Positions 29,135-40,400 of a stretch of DNA of 64,000 bases are shown here, piece after piece. The DNA is taken from the NCBI GenBank assembly GCA_016711705.1, contig JADJSK010000008.1, positions 3,803-67,802 of the forward strand, read 5' to 3'. Below the pieces are notes generated by a model. That model worked only from the letters and a program-made list of their open reading frames with translations. It made no database searches and was not told where the DNA came from. The position numbers and the translations under genes are program-made. Source of the DNA: Candidatus Brachybacter algidus. GTDB taxonomy: Bacteria > Bacteroidota > Bacteroidia > Chitinophagales > Saprospiraceae. The first letter of the stretch is position 1, and every line of letters starts with the position of its first letter.

Positions 29135-29920
29135 GTGGAAATTAATTTTAGTAAATATCAGGGTGCAGGGAATGATTTCATTATGATCAATGGCTTTGAG
29201 TATGATGAATATAAATCATTGACCCAACATCAGATTGAAATACTATGTGATCGGCGCTTTGGTATTGGTGCGGATGGATTGATTGTCATTAAACCAACAC
29301 CTAAGTATGATTTCGAGATGCTGTATTATAACGCAGATGGATTTCCCGGGTCTATGTGTGGTAATGGCGGCAGATGTTCTTTCAGGTTTGCACAAGACAT
29401 CCAAATTATAGGAGAAAAAGCTGATTTCAAAGCTAGTGATGGGCCCCATTCAGCTTTCCTGAATAGCGATGGCATGATCTCGCTCCAAATGAAAGATGTA
29501 GATCAGATCAAGGAAATAGAACATAATTTTTTTGAACTCAATACTGGTTCTCCGCACATTGTTAAGATAGTTGCCGATCTTTCAGAAGTGAGTGTGGTCA
29601 ATGAGGGAAGAGCCATCAGAAATAGTGAGCCCTATATTAAGGACGGAATCAACGTCAATTTCGTCCAACTATTTTCAGATCATATGTTAGTTGCTACATA
29701 TGAACGAGGAGTAGAGGATGAAACTTTATCCTGTGGCACCGGCGTGACCGCTTCAGCATTAGTTGCCATGAAAAAAGGGTGTTTCAGCGAAAAAGTGGAG
29801 GTCAGAACAAAAGGAGGAATACTAAATGTAATGGCAATCATGGATAAATCCGGAAAAATGTCAAATATTTGGTTGACAGGTCCGGCTGTATTTGTATTTG
29901 AGGGATGTATTGAGCTGTGA
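29135..29920 (+). CDS. dapF: Diaminopimelate epimerase
   Basis: 261 aa, GAGNDFI, two catalytic Cys contexts (SMCGNGGRC and LSCGTG). GTG start. Confidence 0.93.
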   Translation: MEINFSKYQGAGNDFIMINGFEYDEYKSLTQHQIEILCDRRFGIGADGLIVIKPTPKYDFEMLYYNADGFPGSMCGNGGRCSFRFAQDIQIIGEKADFKASDGPHSAFLNSDGMISLQMKDVDQIKEIEHNFFELNTGSPHIVKIVADLSEVSVVNEGRAIRNSEPYIKDGINVNFVQLFSDHMLVATYERGVEDETLSCGTGVTASALVAMKKGCFSEKVEVRTKGGILNVMAIMDKSGKMSNIWLTGPAVFVFEGCIEL

Positions 29921-30035
29921 GATGAAATGGAAAATTTATAAAGGGGCGAAGGAGAGTGAGTAGTTTTTCATGTTAAGGGTGGCCTAAAGCTATAGGCTGA
30001 TACCCAATGGCCAATAGCCAATAGCTGATGGCTTC
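29921..30035 (+). repeat. Composite of the same modules (GAAAAT, gcgaag, AAGCTAT, GGCTGAT/CCAATAG arrays)
   Basis: atggaaaatttataaaggggcgaaggagagtgagtag...ggcctaaagctataggctgatacccaatggccaatagccaatagctgatggcttc. Confidence 0.75.
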
Positions 30036-30185
30036 GTTGCAGAAAATAGGATACCTTTCTTTCACCAACCATCAATTCGTCAGGAAAAATTCAGTGTAAT
30101 CAAATAAATCAATTAAATTCCTGCCTTTGTTGGCAAGCAAGCGAGGATCAGACAAATAGCCAAAAGCTGATTACTGATTAACTAT

Positions 30186-30257
30186 AATACTCTAATACTG
30201 ACATACTCTAATACTGACATACTCTAATACTGACATACTTTAATACTGACATACTAA
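30186..30257 (+). repeat. About 4.5 copies of a 16-bp tandem repeat (atactctaatactgac)
   Basis: Read directly. It ends at the stop codon of the TPR gene. Confidence 0.95.
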
Positions 30258-30581
30258 CTACAGCATCAACTCCAGATTCATTTTAGCATTTTTTAATTCA
30301 GCCAGCGCATGCTGATCGCTCATTTTGGTAGCCATAAACACTCCTTCCTCATATATTTGAAGGGCATCTTCTGCATGTCCTATTTCTTCATAAAGCTTTG
30401 CGAGATGATAATAGAGACCTACGTAGGATGGATTTGCTTTTTTTAATTCCAAATAATAATGCTCTGCCTGATCCGGCATATCGTTAGTTTCATATTCTTT
30501 AGCCACAGCAAATAAAATAAAACTGTCATGCGGATCCTGCTCCAGAAGATCCATTAGTTCTGTCAATCGTTGCGTCATCAT
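30258..30581 (-). CDS. Tetratricopeptide-repeat protein
   Basis: 107 aa, AEHYYLELKKANPSYVGLYYHLAKLYEEIGHAEDAL is TPR-like. Confidence 0.65.
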   Translation of the reverse strand: MMTQRLTELMDLLEQDPHDSFILFAVAKEYETNDMPDQAEHYYLELKKANPSYVGLYYHLAKLYEEIGHAEDALQIYEEGVFMATKMSDQHALAELKNAKMNLELML

Positions 30582-31014
30582 TTCTCCACTTTTTTATAGG
30601 ACTAAATTACAAATTACAAGTGTATTCTTTCGCCAAAAGCGTTGCTATGGTTGTATATTAGAATACATTGATGACTATCATCTGTTATGTAAATATAATC
30701 ATTCATTATTTGGTAAAAGAAAATTTACATGCCTAATTTTCACCTGGATAATGTAGAATGCTTCAAATCCTTAACCTGCAATGCATTAGACTCCTGAAAA
30801 AAGTTAAAACTTTTTTGCTTTTTTAGTGCTTGATTTAAAAGCTACATTATAGGACTTTACAATTATTTTTTCAGAATATTTTTCCTTATCTTTGCAGCTT
30901 TTAAAACGAAATATTATTCCGATTATGGACGACAATCCTGATCATTTTAAAATACTATTTCGTTGAGCAAATCTTCGCTCTTTTATTGAATAAATGATAT
31001 TTAATTTTTAATCT

Positions 31015-31755
31015 ATGAAAATATTGGTTTGCATCAGCAAAACTCCTGATACGACAGCTAAAATAGCTTTTAAAAATGATGGTCGTGACTTTCAGGCGGA
31101 TGGCATACAATTTATAATGAATCCTTACGATGAATGGTATGCATTGGTCAGAGGACTTGAACTTACTGAAACCAGTGGCGGAACTGTTACGGTTATAAAT
31201 GTAGGTTTGGCGGACAATGATACGATTATCAGAAAAGGACTGGCTATCGGAGCCTCAGACGCTGTGCGCATCAATAAAGATCCCGAGGGAGCCTGGGATG
31301 TGGCGCATCAACTGGCAGCCTATATAAAAACACAACAATACGATTTAATCCTTTTGGGAAAAGAGACTATTGATTATAATGACTCTGAAGTAGGAGCTAC
31401 ACTGGCAGAAATATTAGACCTGCCTTTTATTTCATATGCAAATAAACTGGACTTGACAGGAACGACTGCAACTATCAACAGAGAGATCGAAGGTGGAACA
31501 GAAACGATGGAGGCTCAATTGCCTTTGGTAATTTCCTGCGCAAAAGGTATGGCTGAACAGCGTATTCCTAATATGAAAGGTATTATGACAGCTAAAAGTA
31601 AACCACTTGTAGTAGTTGAACCTTCGACTGTAGTTAATCATGTTACGCTGGTGACTCATGAACTACCTCCTGCTAAACAATCAGTCCATATGATCGCTCC
31701 TGAGGACACAGATGAGTTGATTAGACTTTTGCACGAAGAGGCAAAAGTGATCTGA
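31015..31755 (+). CDS. etfB: Electron transfer flavoprotein beta subunit
   Basis: 246 aa, MKILVCISKTPDT..., pairs with etfA downstream. Confidence 0.92.
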   Translation: MKILVCISKTPDTTAKIAFKNDGRDFQADGIQFIMNPYDEWYALVRGLELTETSGGTVTVINVGLADNDTIIRKGLAIGASDAVRINKDPEGAWDVAHQLAAYIKTQQYDLILLGKETIDYNDSEVGATLAEILDLPFISYANKLDLTGTTATINREIEGGTETMEAQLPLVISCAKGMAEQRIPNMKGIMTAKSKPLVVVEPSTVVNHVTLVTHELPPAKQSVHMIAPEDTDELIRLLHEEAKVI

Positions 31756-31802
31756 TCTTATTTAGTTAAATCATTTCCCAATAATTCAAAAAAAGATATC
31801 TT

Positions 31803-32765
31803 ATGTCAGTTATAATATTTGCAGAGTCTACAGATGGCAAAGTCAAAAAAAATGCATTTGAAGCTGTAACTTATGGCAAGAAAACAGCCGAGTTGATGGG
31901 CACTTCCTGCAAAGCCTTTACTTTAGGACTTGCCGAAAACGCTAACGAACTTGGCGCATACGGAGCTGAGGAGGTTTACAATATTTCAGATGAGGTTTTT
32001 AATAATTTTGATTCACAACTATTTACAAGAGCCATTGCAGATGTATTTAATCAATTGGGTGGTACTATCCTAATTTTGGTAAATACTGCAATGGGTAAGT
32101 CACTTACAGGAAGGCTGTCAGTGAAACTGGATGCTGGTTGTGTATCAGGAGCAAGTGGATTACCTCAAAATAATGCTGGGTTTCAGGTTCCTAAAAGTGT
32201 CTATTCGGGAAAGGCAAAAGCCCTGTACAATATAAGTTCAGATAAAAAGATCATATCACTGATGGGAAATGCTATCAAGCCTGAGAAAACCGGAAGTGCA
32301 GTAGATGTTAAATCATTATCAGTAAATATAGGCACACCAGCTATCAAAGTTATCTCTAGAAAAACAGTTAGCGGAATAGTGCCATTACCTGAAGCTTCTT
32401 TGGTTGTATCTGCAGGACGTGGTCTTAAAGACCCTTCCAACTGGGGTATAGTAGAAGAACTCGCCTCAGAACTAGGCGCAACTACTGCCTGTTCAAGACC
32501 AGTAGCTGATTCAGGGTGGAGACCTCACCATGAGCATGTAGGACAGACAGGTGTAGCTATCAGACCTACATTGTACATAGCGCTGGGAATTTCAGGAGCA
32601 ATACAGCACCTGGCAGGGGTGAACAATTCCAAAGTGATCGTAGTAATAAATAAAGATCCTGAAGCTCCTTTCTTTAAAGCAGCGGATTATGGTATCGTAG
32701 GTGATGTATTTGATGTCGTACCAAGATTGATAGAATCAGTAAAAAAATTCAAAGCAAGTCACTAA
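31803..32765 (+). CDS. etfA: Electron transfer flavoprotein alpha subunit
   Basis: 320 aa, FAD-binding C-terminus VGQTG..., AIGISGAIQHLAG, IVVINKDPEAP. Confidence 0.92.
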   Translation: MSVIIFAESTDGKVKKNAFEAVTYGKKTAELMGTSCKAFTLGLAENANELGAYGAEEVYNISDEVFNNFDSQLFTRAIADVFNQLGGTILILVNTAMGKSLTGRLSVKLDAGCVSGASGLPQNNAGFQVPKSVYSGKAKALYNISSDKKIISLMGNAIKPEKTGSAVDVKSLSVNIGTPAIKVISRKTVSGIVPLPEASLVVSAGRGLKDPSNWGIVEELASELGATTACSRPVADSGWRPHHEHVGQTGVAIRPTLYIALGISGAIQHLAGVNNSKVIVVINKDPEAPFFKAADYGIVGDVFDVVPRLIESVKKFKASH

Positions 32766-32853
32766 ACTAGACTTTCTCGTAAATTTGGTTTTAAATTAAT
32801 TTCATGATTTAAAACTCATTTTTCTATGTACATTTGATTAAAATAAAGCCTCG

Positions 32854-33441
32854 GTGGCCTCAGGAAAAAAAATACTATTAGAAATTGTTGCACTATCTCA
32901 TAGCGTGACACAGTCCAACAACTACGCAGTTGTATTAGGAGAGAAAAAAGGTGGGCGGAGACTACCCATCGTCATAGGAGGTTACGAAGCCCAGGCTATC
33001 GCAGTATCTATGGAAAGAATGGTGCCAAACAGACCACTTACCCATGATTTGTTTAAAAATGCTTTTGATACTTTTGGTATTCAGATCGTAGAGATTATTA
33101 TAAGTGATTTAGTAGAGGGTATTTTCTATGCCCAACTAGTGTGTGAAAGAAATGGAGAAGTCTACGAGATAGACAGCAGAACATCAGATGCACTTGCTAT
33201 GGCAGTTCGATTCGAATGTCCGATATACACATTTGATACTATTCTAGAGACAGCCGGTGTTGTGCTGGAAATTGCCCCTGATGGTGATGAAGAAGAGGAG
33301 GCATATGATGAAAGCAATAGTTACTCCACGAAATCATCTGAGACTTTGACAGAACTTCTTGAAGAGGCACTTGGTGAAGAAAATTATGAAAAAGCAGCCA
33401 AGATCCGCGATGAGATCAAAAAACGCAAAGGGACTAGCTGA
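32854..33441 (+). CDS. Bifunctional nuclease family protein (DUF151) with a C-terminal UVR-like motif
   Basis: RRLPIVIGGYEAQAIA, RPLTHDL, and EENYEKAAKIRDEI (UVR-like) at the C-terminus. Confidence 0.8.
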   Translation: MASGKKILLEIVALSHSVTQSNNYAVVLGEKKGGRRLPIVIGGYEAQAIAVSMERMVPNRPLTHDLFKNAFDTFGIQIVEIIISDLVEGIFYAQLVCERNGEVYEIDSRTSDALAMAVRFECPIYTFDTILETAGVVLEIAPDGDEEEEAYDESNSYSTKSSETLTELLEEALGEENYEKAAKIRDEIKKRKGTS

Positions 33442-34226
33442 ACATAGCTATAATATTTAATTTAAATCCATTGCTTACTTTTGAAGTTTTGGCCACAATA
33501 CACCCATGAAGATTAATACCACTTGTAAATCAGAATAGTTTAAACAAATTTGACCAAGCGACTTTCAGCTCGTTATCTTATGGTATAATTTTAGTCTCAT
33601 CTATATTTGCGTTTCGTACTACTTATCGCTCGCGGCGATATAAAGACAATATCTATTCGAAATTTATTATTTAATGCCACTGGTATAAAGTATATATCAT
33701 TTCGCAGTTAGCAGTAAGGTTATGTGGGGTATCAATGACATTTTTCTTTAAAGGTTTATTAGAACCCTTGCGGGCTAAAATCTACCTACACTTTTTCTTC
33801 AAAAAGAAAATTTGACTACCGAAACTTAAGTAATATATTATTCGAATTGTTATCATCAAGATAGCCGGCAATTCTGCACCCATTTCCGAATTTACAGTCA
33901 TTAGGCTAATTTAGTAAGTGTATTTGCTATTAAACTTTTTTCTTCTACAAAAATAAAAACAGCAATATTCATGTTGTTTTTTATAATATTAACATATACT
34001 AACAAAGTGTTAATATTGAAAATTTTATTGTACTTTTAAATCAACATTTAACACTAAAACTAAAAGTATACAGCTGTTTTTTTCAAAAATATATTTAATC
34101 AGTGATTAATAGTTGTATATAAATATATATTAATTTTAATATATTAATTTTTAATAAATCTGTACACTTTGACTGATATAATAAACTAACTATTAATTTT
34201 TTTTATCAACTACCAATACTACTAAA

Positions 34227-37200
34227 ATGAAAAAATTATTGAGCATTTCGTTTCTTTTTCTCTGCTTTCACTTATTCGCCCAGTCAGATCCAGGCGAAAC
34301 TCAAAAAGTGAATATTGCAAAAGAATTTCTAAAAACAAAAATCAACGATTTAGGATTTAGCGAAAAAGATCTTTTAGACCTTAAAGTTTTAAAATATACT
34401 ATTTCAAAGAAAACCAATTCTACCAACATCTATTTCAACCAGCTAATTAATGGGATGGAGGTACGGAATGCTACGGTCAATGTCCATTTAAAATCTGACA
34501 ACTCTGTCTTCAATTGGGGCAATAGTATAGAACCTATTTCAAATAAAGACAATGCTCCCATGGCTGCCTCACTCAATGAAATACAGGCTATTCAAGCAGC
34601 AGCAAGCCAATTAGGATACAGTTTTAAATCTGAAATTATTGAGAAGAAGGACAGTAAACTAAAAAATAATTACAGATTATATGGCAACGCTAAAATATTT
34701 AGTGTTCCGGATCTTTCCCGAGTAGACATTCCTGTAAAACTAATGTATGTCAATTTAGAGGGTGTTGTAGTACTGACATGGGAACTCAACATCTCTGCTG
34801 TTAATGGAAGCGATTGGTACAATATATATATAGATGCCAATAATGGCAATACCGTACTTAAAGAAAATTGGACAAAGGAATGTAACTTCGGTAGTCATGA
34901 AGGAAATCATAGTACTTGCGAAGTACACGACTTAAAAAAGAATAATCCTATTAATTATGTCACACCGACATCCATGTCGCCACTATCTATTACAGCTGTT
35001 GGAGATGGATCTTCTTATAGAGTATATGCTGCTCCTATCGAAGCACCTTCATTTGGTGCAAGAACATTATTGGCGGACCCTGCTGTGGCGTCGGCATCAC
35101 CATTTGGCTGGCATGATACCAATGGTGCCACGGGAGCTGAATTTACTACTACACAAGGCAATAACGCCCATGCATACACAGATCTAAATGATGATGATAA
35201 TCCAGATGCCGGTTCATCACCAAGCGGAGGAGCAGGATTAGATTTTGATTTTCCGATTGATCTGACTCTGCAACCCAGCACATATAGACCTGCTGCTGTA
35301 ACTAACTTATTTTATTTCAATAATTATATACACGATTTCGCCCACGTATATGGTTTCGATGAATCAAATGGCAACTTTCAGGAAAACAACTATGGAAATG
35401 GGGGACTTGGAAGTGACTATGTATATGCCGAAGCTCAGGATGGTGGTGGAACCAACAATGCAAATTTTGGCACACCAAATGATGGAAGTAATCCGAGAAT
35501 GCAGATGTACCTATGGAACTATTCAAGTCCAGGAAGGGACGGGGATTTCGACAATGGAGTAATAGCACATGAATATGCACATGGAATATCAAACAGGCTT
35601 GTAGGCACATCTGTGTCATGTTTAGATAATACCGAACAAATGGGAGAGGGATGGAGTGACTTTTTTGCCTATGCGAGTACATGGCAGGCAGGAACGAACC
35701 TTACCAGTTCCAGAGGTATTGGTACTTATGTATTGAATCAATCGACAAGTGGCAATGGTATCAGACCAACCAAGTATTCTTACGATTTGATAATTAATCC
35801 CTCTAAATACAACACCATTAAAACTGCCGCTATTCCACATGGAATTGGATATGTATGGGCGTCAATGCTTTGGGATCTTACTGTAAAGTTAATAGATAAA
35901 AATGGAGAAAGTCAGGGTCTGGATATAGCTTTAAATCTCGTCATGGAAGGTTTAAAACAAACAACTTGTTCTCCGGGTTTTGTAAGTGGTAGAGATGGAA
36001 TTTTAGCAGCAGATGCGTTGCTATACAATTCTGCAAATACTTGCCTTATTTGGGAAGTTTTTGCAAGAAGAGGATTAGGTGTTTCTGCAAGTCAGGGTAG
36101 TACTAGTAGTCGAAGTGATGGTGTAGAAGCTTATGATGTACCTCCTGTACCGGTTGGAATGGCCGCTCCTGCAGTTCAAAGTACTTGTTCAGGAAGTCCA
36201 ATTGCCGCAATAACACTAACGGCAGATGTTCTAGGTTCGACATTCTCATGGACCAGAGACAATACTGTTAACGTCACAGGTATCTCTGCAACTGGAACAG
36301 GAAACATTTCCGGTACCTTGACTAATCTCACAAATGCTCCAATCACTGTGACTTTCACCATCATTCCATCTAAAAACGGGTGCAATGGTTTAGCATATAC
36401 TGCCACAATTACTGTCAATCCTTCACCTACTTATATTGCTACCCCGGCATCACAGAATGTTTGCCAAGGAGCAGCTATAACAACGATTGTACCATCAGGT
36501 GGAGCTCCGGGAAGTATTTATAACTGGACCAGAGACAATACAGCCAATGTCACGGGTATCCCAGCTTCCGGTAGTGGAAATATTTCGGGCAACCTTATAA
36601 ATTCAACAAATGCTCCGATTACAGTAACATTTACAATAGTGCCTGTGAATGCTGAATGTCCCGGCACTAATATTTTGGTTACAGTTGTTGTCAATCCAAC
36701 ATTGAATATAACTTCAACCCCAGTTTCTCAAACAATTTGTTCGGGGAATTCAATTACAACTATCCAATTAACTGGATTAGCTGCTGGTTCAGCTGTTTCC
36801 TGGACGAGAAATAACACCGGAACTGTCACAGGAATAGCTGCTTCAGGCGCCGGAAATATAACCGGGACACTTACCAACACCACGACCAGCCCCGTGACTG
36901 TTACCTTCACTGCTCATTCTACCTTAAATGGATGTGCCGGCCCGGATATAACAACTACTGTTTTGGTCAATCCAACACCAACAATTTTGGCTACACCATT
37001 AACACAAAATGTTTGTTCGCAAAGTACCATCACACCTATAATAATTACAGGCGCAGTCACAGGAACAATTTTCAATTGGACCAGAAATAATACAGCTAAT
37101 GTAACTGGAATTGCTGCTTCAGGTAGCGGTAACATATCCGGAACTTTGATAAATACTACTAATGCACCAATCACTGTAACATTTACCATCACACCCGTAG

Positions 37201-39008
37201 CTAATGGCTGCACCGGAACCACATTACTTGCGACAGTTACAGTAAATCCTGCTCCACCAACCAGTATTTCTGCTAACCCTAATCCGGTATGTACAGGTGA
37301 AACAATGTATTTGTCAGCTACCGGCGGTACAAGTTATTCATGGACAGGTCCAAATGGATTTACGTCTTCACTTCAGAACCCTTCCAGAAACATTACTTCT
37401 GTAGCAGATGGTGGTTTGTATACAGTTGCTATGACTACTATACAAGGATGTAATTCTAATTTGAGTATAAATGTAGTGGTTAATCAAGGTCCTTTAGGAG
37501 CGATCTCTGCTAATCCCAATCCTTTATGTACCGGAAATACGTTGAATCTGGACGCACCATCTGGAACATTTTATGCATGGACGGGACCAAACGGATTTAC
37601 ATCTACATTAAAAAATCCATCAATTCCAGACGCACAATTGGTCAATGATGGCACTTATACGGTAGTTGTAACTTCTTCACAAGGATGTGTAAAGTCTTTC
37701 AGTGTGGACGTGGAGATAAAACTTTCCCCAATTGCCAAAATAGGATTCGATCAAACTACAGCATGCATGGGTTCTGAGCTTCAACTGTTTGCGAATGATG
37801 GTGGTTCGTATGCCTGGACAGGCCCGAATGGCTTTACATCTACCGCTCAAAACCCAACTATTGCCAATGCATCAGCAGTCAATAGTGGCAATTATAATTT
37901 TGTAATTACAGCGCCTAATGGTTGTTCTTCAGCATCTTCTACGAATATAGTTATTCAGGAACTTCCAATAGTTTCGGCGTTGGCCAGTGATTATGAAGTA
38001 TGTGAAGGAAGTACTGTTTCATTATTTTCCTCAGGAAATGGAGTTAATTACCAATGGAATGGACCATATGGTTATATATCTAATTATCAAAACCCTGTGA
38101 TAGAAAACATACCGGGCTACATGTCAGGTATTTATGCGGTAAAATCTACAGGAAATACAGGATGTGTCAATGCTGTTGGATTAAGTATTGTGGTGAGTTA
38201 TAGAATTGAAAGCAATGCATTCGCTACTCCAAATCCTGTGTGCGAAGGTTCGACCTTGGAACTGCATGCCACAGGAGGTGATTCTTATATCTGGACGGGT
38301 CCAAATGGATTTCATTCTTATGAACAAAATCCTGTGATCCACAATACATCATTGGCTGCCGCGGGTGAATATGCAGTGGTGATCCACAATACTGGCGGAT
38401 GCGAAGACGCAATCAATTCTTTTGACGTGGCAGTAACTCCAGTTACTTCAAAAGCTCAGGCTAGTGCTTCACCTAATCCGGTGAAAGAATATAATACTGT
38501 ACAATTTACTTCCAGTAATGGAGTATCACATAGTTGGACTGGTCCGCTCAACTTCAGTTCTGATATTCAGAATCCTTTCATTCTTAAGATAACACGATTT
38601 AGGGCTGGTGTTTATACAGTAGTGATAGAAAATGAAGAAGGCTGCTTATCTACTGCAAAAGTAAATCTGAAAGTTCTTCATACCAATAAGAATGGTCAAT
38701 TTATAATGGCAGGTGGTGATTCTGATCCAAATCTTAAGACTATTTTTGCCACCGAAACCACTACCAGTGATATTATAACAGGGAATATCTATCCAAATCC
38801 TACTGAGGATCTTTTACATTTTGATATGGATGCTGCTTCTATTGAGTTTACTATTTATAATATGCTTGGACAAGTAATAATAAACAATCAGACAACTTTT
38901 ACAAATTCGATAAATACTGCTGAGCTTAATTCCGGTATTTATTATATCATTTACAAATCATCTGATGATGATCAATTGTTCAAAAATCGGTTTGTAAAGA
39001 TAAAGTAA
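34227..39008 (+). CDS. Secreted M36 (fungalysin-type) zinc metalloprotease with 4 PKD-like repeats, 6 Ig-like repeats and a T9SS C-terminal sorting domain
   Basis: Signal peptide, then HEYAHGISNRL...EGWSDF (HExxH plus a downstream Glu). There are 92-aa repeats of about 276 nt from about 36160-37250 and 79-aa repeats (WTGPNGF core) from about 37250-38670. The tail is IYPNPTEDLLHF...FVKIK. Confidence 0.88.
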   Translation: MKKLLSISFLFLCFHLFAQSDPGETQKVNIAKEFLKTKINDLGFSEKDLLDLKVLKYTISKKTNSTNIYFNQLINGMEVRNATVNVHLKSDNSVFNWGNSIEPISNKDNAPMAASLNEIQAIQAAASQLGYSFKSEIIEKKDSKLKNNYRLYGNAKIFSVPDLSRVDIPVKLMYVNLEGVVVLTWELNISAVNGSDWYNIYIDANNGNTVLKENWTKECNFGSHEGNHSTCEVHDLKKNNPINYVTPTSMSPLSITAVGDGSSYRVYAAPIEAPSFGARTLLADPAVASASPFGWHDTNGATGAEFTTTQGNNAHAYTDLNDDDNPDAGSSPSGGAGLDFDFPIDLTLQPSTYRPAAVTNLFYFNNYIHDFAHVYGFDESNGNFQENNYGNGGLGSDYVYAEAQDGGGTNNANFGTPNDGSNPRMQMYLWNYSSPGRDGDFDNGVIAHEYAHGISNRLVGTSVSCLDNTEQMGEGWSDFFAYASTWQAGTNLTSSRGIGTYVLNQSTSGNGIRPTKYSYDLIINPSKYNTIKTAAIPHGIGYVWASMLWDLTVKLIDKNGESQGLDIALNLVMEGLKQTTCSPGFVSGRDGILAADALLYNSANTCLIWEVFARRGLGVSASQGSTSSRSDGVEAYDVPPVPVGMAAPAVQSTCSGSPIAAITLTADVLGSTFSWTRDNTVNVTGISATGTGNISGTLTNLTNAPITVTFTIIPSKNGCNGLAYTATITVNPSPTYIATPASQNVCQGAAITTIVPSGGAPGSIYNWTRDNTANVTGIPASGSGNISGNLINSTNAPITVTFTIVPVNAECPGTNILVTVVVNPTLNITSTPVSQTICSGNSITTIQLTGLAAGSAVSWTRNNTGTVTGIAASGAGNITGTLTNTTTSPVTVTFTAHSTLNGCAGPDITTTVLVNPTPTILATPLTQNVCSQSTITPIIITGAVTGTIFNWTRNNTANVTGIAASGSGNISGTLINTTNAPITVTFTITPVANGCTGTTLLATVTVNPAPPTSISANPNPVCTGETMYLSATGGTSYSWTGPNGFTSSLQNPSRNITSVADGGLYTVAMTTIQGCNSNLSINVVVNQGPLGAISANPNPLCTGNTLNLDAPSGTFYAWTGPNGFTSTLKNPSIPDAQLVNDGTYTVVVTSSQGCVKSFSVDVEIKLSPIAKIGFDQTTACMGSELQLFANDGGSYAWTGPNGFTSTAQNPTIANASAVNSGNYNFVITAPNGCSSASSTNIVIQELPIVSALASDYEVCEGSTVSLFSSGNGVNYQWNGPYGYISNYQNPVIENIPGYMSGIYAVKSTGNTGCVNAVGLSIVVSYRIESNAFATPNPVCEGSTLELHATGGDSYIWTGPNGFHSYEQNPVIHNTSLAAAGEYAVVIHNTGGCEDAINSFDVAVTPVTSKAQASASPNPVKEYNTVQFTSSNGVSHSWTGPLNFSSDIQNPFILKITRFRAGVYTVVIENEEGCLSTAKVNLKVLHTNKNGQFIMAGGDSDPNLKTIFATETTTSDIITGNIYPNPTEDLLHFDMDAASIEFTIYNMLGQVIINNQTTFTNSINTAELNSGIYYIIYKSSDDDQLFKNRFVKIK

Positions 39009-39055
39009 TTCAAAACGAAAAAATTTAATTGGTCATTTTTAATTAAGTCTGAAAT

Positions 39056-39095
39056 AAAAACCCCCTTAAAGAAATCATCATTAAGGGGGTTTTTT
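39056..39095. terminator. Bidirectional Rho-independent terminator between convergent genes
   Basis: aaaaa-cccccttaa-N11-ttaaggggg-tttttt. Confidence 0.85.
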
Positions 39096-39142
39096 AATTA
39101 TTTACAAGACCTGAAAATAAATTTTTGGAATTAAAAATGAAA

Positions 39143-40036
39143 TCATTCCTTCAAAAGATCAGCAGCTTCAGCGTTCATTCTTACTTGCTCTGGATTTTTA
39201 CATCCTGGGATGACAGCAGTAACACCCGGTTGATCGAGACACCATGCCATGGCCCATTGAGACATGGGAACACCTGATGGGACTTCTTCATTCCTGATTT
39301 TTTCAACTTCCACCAGTTGCTCTTTCAGCTGGTTGGCACTTTGTTTGGAGCGCACATCATTATCCGGAAAGGTACTTTTCAAATTATACTTTCCTGAAAG
39401 CAATCCACTGGCCAAAGGCACTCTGGCCAAAACACCTAAGTTATCTTTAATAGCTGCGGGCAGATGTCTTTGCTCTGCGCTTCGATCTAATCTGTTATAT
39501 AATATTTGAATGACGTCGATCCCATATTGTGAGGCTTCTTCTGCTTGGATCTGTGTCGTTTTATTTAATGAACAACCAAGATGTCTAATCTTGCCGGCAC
39601 TAATTTGTTTGTCTAATAACGTCCATAGTTTATCATTACGAAAAGCGTCATCAGGTCCGGAATGGAATTGATAAAGATCGATGTAATCCGTCTTTAATGC
39701 CCTTAGACTTAAGTCCAATTGTTCGACAACTTTATCAGCCTGGAACACATCCGTTCTGCTCAAGAAATCGTGAAACTTGTGTCCAAATTTTGTTGCCAGG
39801 AACCATCTTTCACGACCATTTCTTGAAAAATAATCCCCAATAAACTTTTCCGACAGGTGGTCGCCATAACATTCTGCAGTATCAACAAGCGTAATACCAC
39901 ATCGCTCGGATTCCTCCATAATGTCATCTACCATTGACTGAGTATAATCAATACCCCATTCTCCACCAAACTGCCATGTGCCGAGGCCTATGACGGAGAC
40001 TTGTTTATTTGTTTTGCCTAATGTTCTGTATATCAT
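39143..40036 (-). CDS. Aldo/keto reductase
   Basis: 297 aa, GLGTWQFGG, DTAECYG, AKR fold throughout. Confidence 0.88.
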   Translation of the reverse strand: MIYRTLGKTNKQVSVIGLGTWQFGGEWGIDYTQSMVDDIMEESERCGITLVDTAECYGDHLSEKFIGDYFSRNGRERWFLATKFGHKFHDFLSRTDVFQADKVVEQLDLSLRALKTDYIDLYQFHSGPDDAFRNDKLWTLLDKQISAGKIRHLGCSLNKTTQIQAEEASQYGIDVIQILYNRLDRSAEQRHLPAAIKDNLGVLARVPLASGLLSGKYNLKSTFPDNDVRSKQSANQLKEQLVEVEKIRNEEVPSGVPMSQWAMAWCLDQPGVTAVIPGCKNPEQVRMNAEAADLLKE

Positions 40037-40040
40037 GGGA

Positions 40041-40076
40041 ATTATAAATGATTAATGGTGAATGGTGAATATAAGA
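40041..40076 (+). repeat. GGTGAAT-type array with the attataaatg module (also at 62251-62290)
   Basis: aattataaatgattaatggtgaatggtgaatataag. Confidence 0.75.
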
Positions 40077-40400
40077 ATCACTAGTTTCTAAAGGGAAAAA
40101 CTTGAGAAATGTTTTGAAATATTTGAAAAAAATGAAATGTCACGAGATATCTAAAAAGAGGAAGCATTTAAAAAAGGTTATATTTTATCGCCTAAAGGGC
40201 TAAAAGAAAATTACTATAATAATTCCGTTTTTGTGATAAGAAAGAATACCTGAACCAAAATATATACAATACTTCCCTTTCCATTATTTTCGTACTTTTA
40301 TCCTATCTAAACTAACCTTTTCAGTTTATTATGATGCAACAGTTAAAATTTATGGTTTTTTCTACTGTTAATTTTCTTTTAACACATAATCAAATTTTCA

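Noticed and set aside
35015-37222. Several 60-120-aa ORFs antisense or out of frame within the M36 protease gene
   Set aside because: They lie inside a well-supported 1593-aa CDS, and they recur with the 276-nt domain repeat, so they are a repeat artefact.
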